Origin: Desulfomonilia bacterium
GTDB lineage: Bacteria; Desulfobacterota; Desulfomonilia; UBA1062
Assembly (NCBI GenBank): GCA_050014195.1
Contig: JBEKDT010000009.1
Location: 64,001 to 128,000, forward strand
DNA: 64,000 bases
Reading direction: 5' to 3'
The position numbers were made by a program, and so were the translations under genes. Of the stretch, positions 39,724-49,234 are shown piece after piece; positions within the stretch are counted from its first letter, which is position 1; each line of letters starts with the position of its first letter. Below the pieces are notes generated by a model. The model saw nothing but the letters and a program-made list of their open reading frames with translations, did no database searches and was not told the DNA's origin.

Positions 39724-40786
39724 AAAGATTACTCCATTTCTTCGTGAAAAACTTGCCCTCTTGGAATCATCTTTTGGGTCAGATTCCAATGAATACAGAG
39801 GGCTTTCTCTTCAATATATTTTGAGCCCTTTAGAAGCAAAGGAAACTATCGAGCAAAATCTCAAGCATTATGATGCAGGTTTGTATCTTAATGAAGCTGA
39901 AGGAGACTTACCTGGAATAGAAAGACTATATAGGAATGTACTCGTTATTGAACCAACCTTGGTATGTCTTGCCCATTGTCGCTACTGCCTTCGGAGCAAC
40001 TACACAAAACATACATTAACAGAGAGGCAATTGATCGATGTAGCGAAGTATTGCGGCAATTCTAGCAATAGAGATATTTTGAACGAAGTTCTTATCACCG
40101 GCGGGGATCCCCTTATCATACCTCAACGTTTGGAAGTTCTTTTAAATGCTCTGATAGACTATGCACCAAATATTAAAACTATCAGGATAGGGACACGTCT
40201 TCCTGGTCAGGATCCAGCACGTATAGATGAAAATGTAATTAGTCTTTTTATTAATAAACCAACTTTAAGGTTTGAATTGGCGACTCAGATCAATCACCCG
40301 GTAGAGTTTTTCCCTGAGGTTGAAGAGGCTTTTCTCAAAATCTCAGATTTAGGAGTAAAGATATATGCGCAGAATGTCCTTCTTAAAGGAGTAAATGACC
40401 AAATTGATGCGTTGGTTGAGTTGTATAATAGGATGCGGGTTAATAATATCGAAGCTCATTATTTATTCCATTGCGTGCCTATGGTTGGAATTCATCATTT
40501 AAGAACTACCATTGCGAAGGCTCTTATACTGATAAAAGATCTTGTTTGTTCTGGAAAAATATCAGGCAGAGTTAAGCCCATGCTTGCAGCTATGACAGAT
40601 ATCGGAAAGATAACCTTCTATGAAGGTGTTATACGTGATCGGAGAGATAATAGGGTTTTGTTGCAAAGTAACTACCAATTTGCTGACCGTATTGCATGGA
40701 ATCCATCATGGCAGCTTCCTGAATCTGCAGGAATAGATGAGCACGGCCTACTACGTGTGTGGTATATTGATGGTGATGACTCCTAA
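39698..40786 (+). CDS. KamA-family radical SAM/PLP aminomutase-like protein
   Basis: CLAHCRYCLR (CxxxCxxC), ITGGDP, IRIGTR, NHP, QNVLLKGVND, HHLRT, SG...GK. Confidence 0.88.
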   Translation: MMKKIQFPEKITPFLREKLALLESSFGSDSNEYRGLSLQYILSPLEAKETIEQNLKHYDAGLYLNEAEGDLPGIERLYRNVLVIEPTLVCLAHCRYCLRSNYTKHTLTERQLIDVAKYCGNSSNRDILNEVLITGGDPLIIPQRLEVLLNALIDYAPNIKTIRIGTRLPGQDPARIDENVISLFINKPTLRFELATQINHPVEFFPEVEEAFLKISDLGVKIYAQNVLLKGVNDQIDALVELYNRMRVNNIEAHYLFHCVPMVGIHHLRTTIAKALILIKDLVCSGKISGRVKPMLAAMTDIGKITFYEGVIRDRRDNRVLLQSNYQFADRIAWNPSWQLPESAGIDEHGLLRVWYIDGDDS

Positions 40787-40805
40787 TATAGCTATGTGAA
40801 ATAAG

Positions 40806-41179
40806 ATGAGAACCTCGGCAAACAAAAAACAACACCATATCTGGATTTTCAACCATTATGCGATTACTCCTGATCTTCCTGGGGGAACCCGTCACTACCA
40901 CATTGCGTATGAACTCGGTCGGAATGGTTATGATGTAACAATATTTGCCATGAATTGGGAGCAGTCACTTATATTTCAGGCAAAGGTGGCGATAACTATC
41001 AAGATCATTTCAAATTTAAGATGGCTGGTATCAACCTGGAAGTAAAGACCTATAAGCCAATACCGTATGACCAGAAAACTGATTTGTTCATGCCAGGACT
41101 CAGCATAATGGATGCATTGTTTAATCTTGGTAAATCTACAATAAATCTAATGAACTATTCCGCAGCAAGCGGCGAATAA
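40806..41179 (+). pseudogene. Chimeric relic: GT4 N-terminus fused out of frame to a WbqC-family C-terminus
   Basis: IWIFNHYAITPDLPGGTRHY...VTIFA (GT4 start); second frame ICHELGAVTYISGKGG..YQD...FMPGLSIMDALFNLG (WbqC-like end). Confidence 0.75.
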
Positions 41180-41201
41180 TGAAACTCATAGAGATTGAAT
41201 T

Positions 41202-42503
41202 ATGAGAATTTGGTTAGTTTCTATAGGTGAACCAATACCAACAAGCGCTGACAGTAATTCTCGACTGCTTCGGACAGGATATTTTGCTAATTTACTGTCA
41301 CAATATGGCAATGATGTAATCTGGTGGACTTCTGCATTTGATCACTTTAGAAAAACACAGCTTTGTACTACGGATACTGATTTGGTTATTAATCAACATC
41401 TTACTATCAGGCTTTTGTGTGGCTCTGGATACAAAAGTCATGTGTCGCTAAGACGGGTCTGGGATCACTGGAAAATCTCTAGGAAGTTTTCTTCGGCCAT
41501 AAAGAAGCAGACTATGCTTCCGGATATAATTTTAGCTGCATTACCTACGATAGATCTCTGTTATGAGTCAGTTGTGTTCGGGAATCAGCAGGGAATACCC
41601 GTAGTTCTTGATATGCGAGACATGTGGCCAGATATTTTTGTAGATCTCGCTCCTGATTTCTTAAGACCATTAACACGACGCCTCTTAAGTTATCAGTTTC
41701 GAAGAGCTGGATATGCATGCGAAAAAGCTACAGCTATTATTGGGATAACAGATGAATTTGTTGCATGGGGTTTAAAACGGGGACAACGATGTAAGCAAGA
41801 ATTCGACAAATCATTCCCCTTTGGATATTCGATTCAGGCCATAACAAGAGAATCTGAAGAGAATGCAATTATTGAACTCAATCATCGAGGGATCCATTTT
41901 GATGACGATAACCTATATGCCCTTTATATTGGGTCGCTCAGTCGCAATGCGAACTTGGGTGATATCATATCTGCAAGCAGAATTCTTTATGAGCAAAACT
42001 CAAAATGGAAGTTTATTGTATGTGGCGATGGTGATTGTGTTGATCTAATATTAAATCATATTAGTAAATATCCAAATGTAAAATACGGGGGTTGGGTAGA
42101 TAGAACAATGATTCATAGTCTAATGCGACGATGTCATGTTGGTTTAAATCAACTTCCTGATCGATACGATTTTCTTGCCACCATTAATAACAAAGCCATT
42201 GAGTATATGAGCGCGGGTCTCCCTATCATTTCAAGTCCGGATCGGGGTGTTCTATGTGAGCTTCTCAAGATGCATGAGTGCGGGATAAGTTATCCTTCTG
42301 GTGATGCTGGGGCTCTGGCTTCGACGCTTACACGGTTTTATGATGACCAGGGTATGCTAAGGAAAATGTCGCAGAACGCCATGCAGCTGTTCCAAGAACG
42401 TTTTATTGCAGAAAAGATTTATACAGAGATGATGGAGCATTTGGTGATGATAGCGGAAAATCAAAATCAATCTGTTAGAACAGGTGGTCAGGATTGGGCA
42501 TGA
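41202..42503 (+). CDS. Glycosyltransferase family 4
   Basis: DMRDMWPD, NKAIEYMSAGLP. Confidence 0.9.
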   Translation: MRIWLVSIGEPIPTSADSNSRLLRTGYFANLLSQYGNDVIWWTSAFDHFRKTQLCTTDTDLVINQHLTIRLLCGSGYKSHVSLRRVWDHWKISRKFSSAIKKQTMLPDIILAALPTIDLCYESVVFGNQQGIPVVLDMRDMWPDIFVDLAPDFLRPLTRRLLSYQFRRAGYACEKATAIIGITDEFVAWGLKRGQRCKQEFDKSFPFGYSIQAITRESEENAIIELNHRGIHFDDDNLYALYIGSLSRNANLGDIISASRILYEQNSKWKFIVCGDGDCVDLILNHISKYPNVKYGGWVDRTMIHSLMRRCHVGLNQLPDRYDFLATINNKAIEYMSAGLPIISSPDRGVLCELLKMHECGISYPSGDAGALASTLTRFYDDQGMLRKMSQNAMQLFQERFIAEKIYTEMMEHLVMIAENQNQSVRTGGQDWA

Positions 42504-42525
42504 CATATTTTCGGGATAGATATCT

Positions 42526-43419
42526 ATGAACAGACTGGATGACATTATGATTGACGATAAAGTACAGCAGAAAATTGAGTATCGGCCATCTCTGGCCGGG
42601 TGCTTAGCACGGATTTTCATACCCCTGTTGCAAGCAGTACTCCCACCAAAAGCATACCGTGTGATCTATGATGGACTCTATGAGAGTTACAAGCAGATTC
42701 TCAGATCGAGCTATGTAGTTAGGGTTATCGCAGCAAGACTCTTTAGCGATCAGGAGCAGCAGTTAAAGACATCACTCACTCATCAGTTACTGCCCTACAC
42801 TATGGGGGGATGGAAGGCGCTCGAGAACGCATTCAAAGTGACTGCCCTTGTCGAACAAAAAAAGATTGAAGGTGCTTTGGTTGAGTGCGGCGTTGCAAAG
42901 GGTGGTACTGCTGCGATGATGGCCTTAACAAATCGAAAGCTTGGCACAATTATGCGGCCTAAGTGGTTTTTCGACTCCTACGAAGGCCTACCTGAACCGA
43001 CTGCTGAAGACTATGAAGGTGGGAAACAGGGCCACTTTATTCGTCCTCTTACAAAAGGGGCCTGTCTGGGGACCATTGAGCAAGTTAGTGATTTGATGTT
43101 CAATAAATTGCACTTGCCCAAGAATGAGGTTCATTTGGTGAAGGGCTGGTTCCAAGACACGGTGCCTGTTTATCGTGAGAGGATCGGGCCAATTGCCATG
43201 CTGCGTTTGGATGGTGACTGGTATGAGTCTACCAAGATACCGCTGGAAAATCTTTTTGATCAAATTAGTATTGGCGGGTTTGTAATCATTGATGATTACG
43301 CAACCTGTTTTGGTTCTCGTAAGGCGGTGGACGAGTTTCGGGCTGAGCGCAGTATCACCTCGTCGCTTCGGCCTGATGGGCGTGGAGGCGCCTGGTTCGA
43401 GAAGCATGAGGCGAAGTAA
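42526..43419 (+). CDS. TylF/MycF-family O-methyltransferase
   Basis: VECGVAKGG, FDSYEGLP, KGWFQDT, LRLDGDWYEST, IDDY. Confidence 0.9.
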   Translation: MNRLDDIMIDDKVQQKIEYRPSLAGCLARIFIPLLQAVLPPKAYRVIYDGLYESYKQILRSSYVVRVIAARLFSDQEQQLKTSLTHQLLPYTMGGWKALENAFKVTALVEQKKIEGALVECGVAKGGTAAMMALTNRKLGTIMRPKWFFDSYEGLPEPTAEDYEGGKQGHFIRPLTKGACLGTIEQVSDLMFNKLHLPKNEVHLVKGWFQDTVPVYRERIGPIAMLRLDGDWYESTKIPLENLFDQISIGGFVIIDDYATCFGSRKAVDEFRAERSITSSLRPDGRGGAWFEKHEAK

Positions 43420-44075
43420 TGAAAACATCGCCTGAAACACCGATCGCTTTTCCCGAAAGGTGGATCTATGTATTGTTGAAGCGAGTAATGGATGTAGTCG
43501 GTGCCATGGCGGGGATATTAGTCTTGGCGCCTTTGCTTATCTTGATTGCTGTCGTCTTAAAATTAACATCACAAGGACCGGTTTTTTACCGTGGTGTGCG
43601 CGCCGGATTGAACGGAAAGCCATTTCGTATCTTCAAATTCAGAACAATGTTAGAGAATGCCGAGTCTTTGGGCGGGCCCACTACAAGTACTAACGATCAA
43701 AGAGTAACGCGTATTGGAGCCTTGCTTCGTCGAACCAAGCTTGATGAGTTCCCACAGCTCCTGAATGTCTTGGCTGGTGATATGAGCCTCGTGGGGCCTC
43801 GGCCGGAAGTGTTGGAATATACCTCACAATACAAAGGTGAGGAGAAATATATTCTCAGCATGCGTCCCGGGATAACTGATTATGCATCAATTGAATTTGC
43901 CGATCTTGATGATCTGGTGGGAAGCACAGACCCTGACAAATACTTCCGTGAACATATCCTACCTCGTAAGAATGCATTGAGAGTCAAATATGTGAAAGAA
44001 TGGTCATTGGGTTCTGATTTTGGCATTCTTTGGGCTACTTTTCTCAGGGTGATGAAGAGAATTGCTGCGCAATGA
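43419..44075 (+). CDS. Monotopic phosphoglycosyltransferase (initiating sugar transferase)
   Basis: [35 protein letters not shown]. Confidence 0.92.
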   Translation: MKTSPETPIAFPERWIYVLLKRVMDVVGAMAGILVLAPLLILIAVVLKLTSQGPVFYRGVRAGLNGKPFRIFKFRTMLENAESLGGPTTSTNDQRVTRIGALLRRTKLDEFPQLLNVLAGDMSLVGPRPEVLEYTSQYKGEEKYILSMRPGITDYASIEFADLDDLVGSTDPDKYFREHILPRKNALRVKYVKEWSLGSDFGILWATFLRVMKRIAAQ

Positions 44076-45016
44076 GTATCTTGGAGAGAATGCATCTCGG
44101 TCGAACCGGGCTTTATATCAGTCGCCTCGGAATGGGCTGTTGGGCTATTGGGGGTCATGGTTGGGGCCAGGTGAGGGATGAGGATTCTATCCGAGCCGTC
44201 CAGGGCGCATTAGAGAATGGAGTCACATTCTTTGATACAGCAGATGCCTATGGGCTTGGAAAGTCTGAGACATTACTTGCTAAGGTATTAGGTTCGTCCA
44301 TTACTCAAGTTGTCATCGCAAGTAAAGGGGGCGTTCGATGGAATGAAAGTGGAAATATATGGTCCGATAGTTCACCTGCCTACCTGAGACTGGCTGTAGA
44401 AAATAGTTTAAGACGATTGAAGCTTGATTGTATTCCCCTTTACTATATCCATAAACCTGATGAGGTAACGCCTATACAGGAGAGTGTTGCTGCCCTTGAG
44501 CGCATGTGTGAAGAAGGTAAGATAGGCGCCATAGGCGTCGCAAATTTCTCTGCCGATCAATTGCTGCAGGCATTGCAGGTTGCTCTGGTAGCAGCGGTTC
44601 AGGTACGTTTAAATATTTTTGATAGAGATACGAGTAAAGAGTTATTGGGCATTTGCAGAGAGCATGGCATAACTCTTGTTGCTTGGGGCGCACTTGCGGA
44701 TGGATTGTTAACCGGTAAATTTTCAACCAATACAAAGTTCTCTGAAGATGACCACCGTAACAGAATGCCTGAGTTTACAGGGAATAATTTTTTAAAGTAC
44801 GACAAATGTCTAAAATTACTTAAGCAGTTGGCTGCCGATAGGGGACGGAAAGTTGGTCAACTTGCACTTCGGTGGGTGCTGGATTTTGAGCCTTTTACAT
44901 GTTCGCTGTTTGGTGCAAAAACAGATATTCAGGTAATGGATAATTTGGGAGCAGATGGGTGGAGCTTAACAAAAGAAGAGCTTGCAGCTATCGATTCCAT
45001 AGTGGCTGAACTTTGA
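44072..45016 (+). CDS. Aldo/keto reductase
   Basis: GMGCWAIGG, FDTADAYG, ASKGG, SLRRLK, YYIHKPD. Confidence 0.92.
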   Translation: MSILERMHLGRTGLYISRLGMGCWAIGGHGWGQVRDEDSIRAVQGALENGVTFFDTADAYGLGKSETLLAKVLGSSITQVVIASKGGVRWNESGNIWSDSSPAYLRLAVENSLRRLKLDCIPLYYIHKPDEVTPIQESVAALERMCEEGKIGAIGVANFSADQLLQALQVALVAAVQVRLNIFDRDTSKELLGICREHGITLVAWGALADGLLTGKFSTNTKFSEDDHRNRMPEFTGNNFLKYDKCLKLLKQLAADRGRKVGQLALRWVLDFEPFTCSLFGAKTDIQVMDNLGADGWSLTKEELAAIDSIVAEL

Positions 45017-45023
45017 AGATGAT

Positions 45024-46001
45024 ATGACTTACTCAATTGATATTTTGTGTGATTTGTATAAAACAATGTTTCGTATCCGCTCTTTCGAAGAGAGCCTGGT
45101 GGAACCCATCCTAAACAGCGAGATCCGTACACCCTGCCATCTTTACAGCGGTCAGGAGGCCGTTGCGGTCGGTCTCTGTACGGCCCTCTCCAAGGATGAT
45201 TACATCTTTGGTAATCATCGCTCACATGGCCATTTCCTGGCCAAGGGGGGCTCCCTGAAGGCTATGGCGGCTGAGATTTATTGCCGTGAGGCAGGTTGCT
45301 CCAGGGGCCGTGGGGGCTCTATGCACCTGATCGATCCGGATGTGGGTATGCTGGGATCGGCACCGATAGTGGCCGGGACTATCTCCCTGGCACTTGGGGC
45401 GGCGCTGGCCTCTTCCATTCGAAAAGACGGTCGTGTGACAGTGTGTTTTTTCGGAGACGGGGCCACAGGCGAAGGCGTCCTTTACGAATCCCTGAACTTT
45501 GCCGCCTTGAAAAAACTCCCTTTGATATTTGCCTGTGAAAATAATCTTTATGCTACGCATATGCCTATCCGGGAATGCCGGGTAAACCTGCCGATCAGCA
45601 GGATCGCAGAGCCCTTCGGCATAGAGATTCATACGGTGGATGGTAACGATGTGTTGCAGGTCCGTGATGAAGGTCAACATGCAGTGGAAACCTGCCGCAT
45701 TGGTAATGGACCCGTATTTATGGAGTTCATGACCTATCGATACCGAGGTCATGTAGGCCCGGATGACAACATACAGGGTAATCATACAGATATAAGGCCC
45801 AGGGAAGAAGTCGCCATATGGATGGAAAAGGATCCCATCAAGAAATTCGAACGATACCTGACAGATCAAGGAATGATGGATGAGAATGAGCTGCAGGATA
45901 TCAGGAACGAGGTTGCTGATGAGATACGGGATGCAAAGGATTTCGCAATAAATAGCCCACGCCCGTCGGGAGAGGATCTGACGAAATATGTCTTCGCATA
46001 G
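45024..46001 (+). CDS. TPP-dependent 2-oxoacid dehydrogenase E1 alpha-like subunit
   Basis: HLYSGQEA, HRSHGH, GSMH, GDGA...ENN, YRYRGH. Confidence 0.92.
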   Translation: MTYSIDILCDLYKTMFRIRSFEESLVEPILNSEIRTPCHLYSGQEAVAVGLCTALSKDDYIFGNHRSHGHFLAKGGSLKAMAAEIYCREAGCSRGRGGSMHLIDPDVGMLGSAPIVAGTISLALGAALASSIRKDGRVTVCFFGDGATGEGVLYESLNFAALKKLPLIFACENNLYATHMPIRECRVNLPISRIAEPFGIEIHTVDGNDVLQVRDEGQHAVETCRIGNGPVFMEFMTYRYRGHVGPDDNIQGNHTDIRPREEVAIWMEKDPIKKFERYLTDQGMMDENELQDIRNEVADEIRDAKDFAINSPRPSGEDLTKYVFA

Positions 46002-46971
46002 GACACTCCAGTACGGCCTGGCCATTAACGAGGCGCTCCACCAGATGATGGAGATGGACAGCTCCGTTTTTCTCATCGGGCAGGGGGTGGAAAGCCCCTG
46101 GTATGTGGGCAATACTGCACAGGGGCTTCTGGAGAGGTTCGGGAAAGGACGGGTCATTGACACACCAGTGTCCGAGAATGCCATTACAGGGGCAGCCGTA
46201 GGGGCAGCCATCGCAGGTATGAAACCAGTGGTGGTTCATCCCAGGGTGGATTTCATGATGTACGCCATGGACCCAATCATAAACGAGGCAGCTAACTGGT
46301 TTTATATGAACGGCGGCAGGGCTTGTGTACCGGTCGTTTTTTGGGGTATCATAAACAGAGGTGGAGAACAGGCAGCCCAACATTCACAGGCTATTCATGC
46401 GTTGTTTGCTCATTGTCCAGGTCTCAAGGTCGTAATGCCGTCAACCCCTTATGATGCAAAGGGATTACTCATATCAGCTGTAAGGGATATGAACCCAGTT
46501 GTTTATATTGATGATAGGTGGCTGTATAATCTGGAGGATGTTGTTCCGGAAGAAATGTATGAAGTCCCCATTGGTCAAGCTATAGTTAGAAAAAAAGGTA
46601 AGGATGTAACAATCGCTGCGGTCTCTTATATGGCGCATACTGCTCTGAAAGCATCTGAGAAACTCCTAGATCTTGGTATTGATTGTGAATTGATCGATCT
46701 GCGGAGTATAAAGCCATTGGATAAGAATACCCTATTACAATCAGTTCGAAAAACAGGCAGATTAGTAATTGCTGATGTAGGATGGAAATCATTCGGAATT
46801 AGCGCTGAGATAGCTGCTATTGTTTGTGAGGGGGCCTTCAAAGAATTAAAAAGTCCGGTTGTTCGAGTTGCCCTACCCGATACACCAGCCCCTGCGAGTA
46901 GATCGCTAGAGGGTCAATATTTTCCTAAAGAAGATGACATAATAAAGGCTGTTCAAGGTATTATTAATTGA
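45988..46971 (+). CDS. 2-oxoacid dehydrogenase E1 beta-like subunit
   Basis: DTPVSE, AQHSQ, PYDAKGLL, IDLRSIKPLD. Confidence 0.92.
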   Translation: MSSHRTLQYGLAINEALHQMMEMDSSVFLIGQGVESPWYVGNTAQGLLERFGKGRVIDTPVSENAITGAAVGAAIAGMKPVVVHPRVDFMMYAMDPIINEAANWFYMNGGRACVPVVFWGIINRGGEQAAQHSQAIHALFAHCPGLKVVMPSTPYDAKGLLISAVRDMNPVVYIDDRWLYNLEDVVPEEMYEVPIGQAIVRKKGKDVTIAAVSYMAHTALKASEKLLDLGIDCELIDLRSIKPLDKNTLLQSVRKTGRLVIADVGWKSFGISAEIAAIVCEGAFKELKSPVVRVALPDTPAPASRSLEGQYFPKEDDIIKAVQGIIN

Positions 46972-47164
46972 TAACATGTGTCTATAAATAATCATGATGT
47001 TCAATATATGTGTTATATCTTTTTTATTATTACAATATTTTGAATAAAGGGGTATATGTTTGCCTAACAAGACCCCTACCTAAGCTCCAAGATAAAGCAT
47101 CATTGAAGTGGTGATTTTGAGATATTGTGCGCTCAAATGTTTCATAACGAGGTAAAAATTTAAA

Positions 47165-49111
47165 ATGAAAATTCTCCGCAAGGGAAATTTTTGGATCATT
47201 TTTCTTTTTGACATAATCATTTTGATAACATGTTATTATGGGGCATATTGGCTTCGCTTTGAAGGTAACTTAGATGTACAACTCCAGGTTCAGTTTTTAT
47301 ACACGCTCCTACCATTATTGATAGCTCAGCAATCCTCATTTTTTATCTTTGATGTATATCGCGGTATGTGGAGATATGCTGGTATACGCGATCTGATAAA
47401 TATTGTTAAGGGCACTGTATGTGGGACCTTTATATTTATTATTTACCTAGTGTTACTCTATCACTTCATAGGCTTTTCAAGAGGGGTCATCTTGATAAAT
47501 ATGCTCATGACCATCATAGGTATCGGCGGTTCCCGCCTTATAATACGCCTCTACTACCAGAAAGATAGCGCGTTTGTGGATGAGTTAGTGTTCTGGCGAA
47601 GATCGATCCGGAACAGAAAGAATATCCTCATCCTGGGCACAAGTCCACAGGCAGAAAGGCTTATGAGAGAGATCCATGAGAACAATAAGATCAATTACAA
47701 GGTAATTGGATTCATTGATATGTGGAATGTTCATAAGGGAATGAAGATTCATGGGGTTCCTATTCTGGGCTCGGTAATGGATCTTCCCAGGTTGGTCATG
47801 TATTATAATATTGAGGACATCCTTATCGCTGATTCGAATCTCAAGGCACATGATATTAGTAGGGTCATAGAGATGTGTGGGGATTGCGGTATCCGGTTCA
47901 AGATAGTCCCGTCCCCATTTGAGAGAATGCTTCAAGGTGAATCAGACAACCTCAGGGATATAAAACTTGAAGATCTCATGGACCGGGAGCCTGTCCAGCT
48001 GGATATGGAGATAGTAAAATCAGAGATAGAGGGGCAGACGGTACTCATTACCGGTGCCGGTGGATCCATTGGTTCCGAGCTCTCAAGGCAGATCTTCAGA
48101 TACAATCCTGCAAAACTGATCTTGATCGATAATTCCGAAACACCGCTTTACCAGATCGACATGGAACTGAATACCTTAAGAGCTACTGATTGTGTAACGG
48201 AGATTGTACCTTGCATAGGAGACGTGCGGAGCCGGAGGAGTCTGGAGCGAATATTCCGCAAGTATAAACCCCGGTATGTTTATCACGCAGCCGCATATAA
48301 ACATGTGCCTATGATGGAGTTGTCCCCGGTAGATGCCATTAACAACAACATTATAGGCACATTTAAACTGGCCACTCTTTCGTGCAAGTATCATGTAAAG
48401 AAATTTGTCCTGATCTCCACAGACAAGGCTGTTCGGCCTACATCGGTCATGGGTGCCACTAAAAGGGTTGCAGAACTGGTCGTACAGGCCATTACCGGAA
48501 ACGGAACAAGATTTGTAGTCGTAAGATTCGGCAACGTACTGGGTAGCAATGGTAGTGTGGTACCCCTTTTCCAGAAACAGATTGCTTCAGGAGGGCCGGT
48601 AACGGTTACGCATCCTGAAGTCACCCGCTACTTTATGACCATACCCGAGGCTGTCATGCTGGTCCTCCAGGCAGGTGCCATAGGAAAAGGCGGGGAGTTG
48701 TTCTTGTTGGATATGGGCAAGCCAGTGAAGATTGATGGTCTGGCAAGGAACATGATACGTCTTTCAGGGCTTGTGCCGGATAAAGATATTAAGGTTGAAT
48801 ATATCGGCCTCAGGCCCGGAGAAAAGCTCTATGAGGAATTGCTCATAGACGGTGAGGACATCATTGATACACCCTATGAAAAGATTAAAGTCTGCAATAC
48901 ATATAGCAGGATAGATGAAAAAGAACTCTTTGAGGGTATCGAGCATTTCAGTCTCCTCTTGAAGAACTCCGAGGGCTTTGATGCCGCTCTTAAAATCCTT
49001 GAAAGACTTGTTCCCGATTTCAAGAGAGAAGTCACTTCTGTTTTACGAACAAATATAACGAATCCTTATTCTCCTGGTGATCCTACCAAGGCCCAACCCA
49101 AAGAATACTGA
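47165..49111 (+). CDS. Membrane-bound UDP-GlcNAc 4,6-dehydratase (WbpM/PglF/CapD family)
   Basis: Four N-terminal TMs, TGAGGSIGSE, HAAAYKHVP, STDKAV, MGATK, RFGNVLGS, RPGEKLYEE. Confidence 0.93.
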   Translation: MKILRKGNFWIIFLFDIIILITCYYGAYWLRFEGNLDVQLQVQFLYTLLPLLIAQQSSFFIFDVYRGMWRYAGIRDLINIVKGTVCGTFIFIIYLVLLYHFIGFSRGVILINMLMTIIGIGGSRLIIRLYYQKDSAFVDELVFWRRSIRNRKNILILGTSPQAERLMREIHENNKINYKVIGFIDMWNVHKGMKIHGVPILGSVMDLPRLVMYYNIEDILIADSNLKAHDISRVIEMCGDCGIRFKIVPSPFERMLQGESDNLRDIKLEDLMDREPVQLDMEIVKSEIEGQTVLITGAGGSIGSELSRQIFRYNPAKLILIDNSETPLYQIDMELNTLRATDCVTEIVPCIGDVRSRRSLERIFRKYKPRYVYHAAAYKHVPMMELSPVDAINNNIIGTFKLATLSCKYHVKKFVLISTDKAVRPTSVMGATKRVAELVVQAITGNGTRFVVVRFGNVLGSNGSVVPLFQKQIASGGPVTVTHPEVTRYFMTIPEAVMLVLQAGAIGKGGELFLLDMGKPVKIDGLARNMIRLSGLVPDKDIKVEYIGLRPGEKLYEELLIDGEDIIDTPYEKIKVCNTYSRIDEKELFEGIEHFSLLLKNSEGFDAALKILERLVPDFKREVTSVLRTNITNPYSPGDPTKAQPKEY

Positions 49112-49234
49112 TCCGGAATTAGAATCATACCCTTCATCAGATTACTTATTCGTGACGAAATGATTTACTCTATCGCCATAGAATATTATCGGGCAGCCTC
49201 CCAACTCTTGACGGCAACAGGTTCGGGGTGATAC

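Noticed and set aside
39698-40786. Calling the radical SAM protein EpmB or true kamA
   Set aside because: No efp/epmA or lysine-fermentation genes are nearby, and the lysine-binding residues appear altered
45222-46211. 329-aa antisense ORF, and similar ones at 15048-15905, 17611-18372 and 28908-29531
   Set aside because: Shadows of well-supported genes on the opposite strand, with no recognisable motifs
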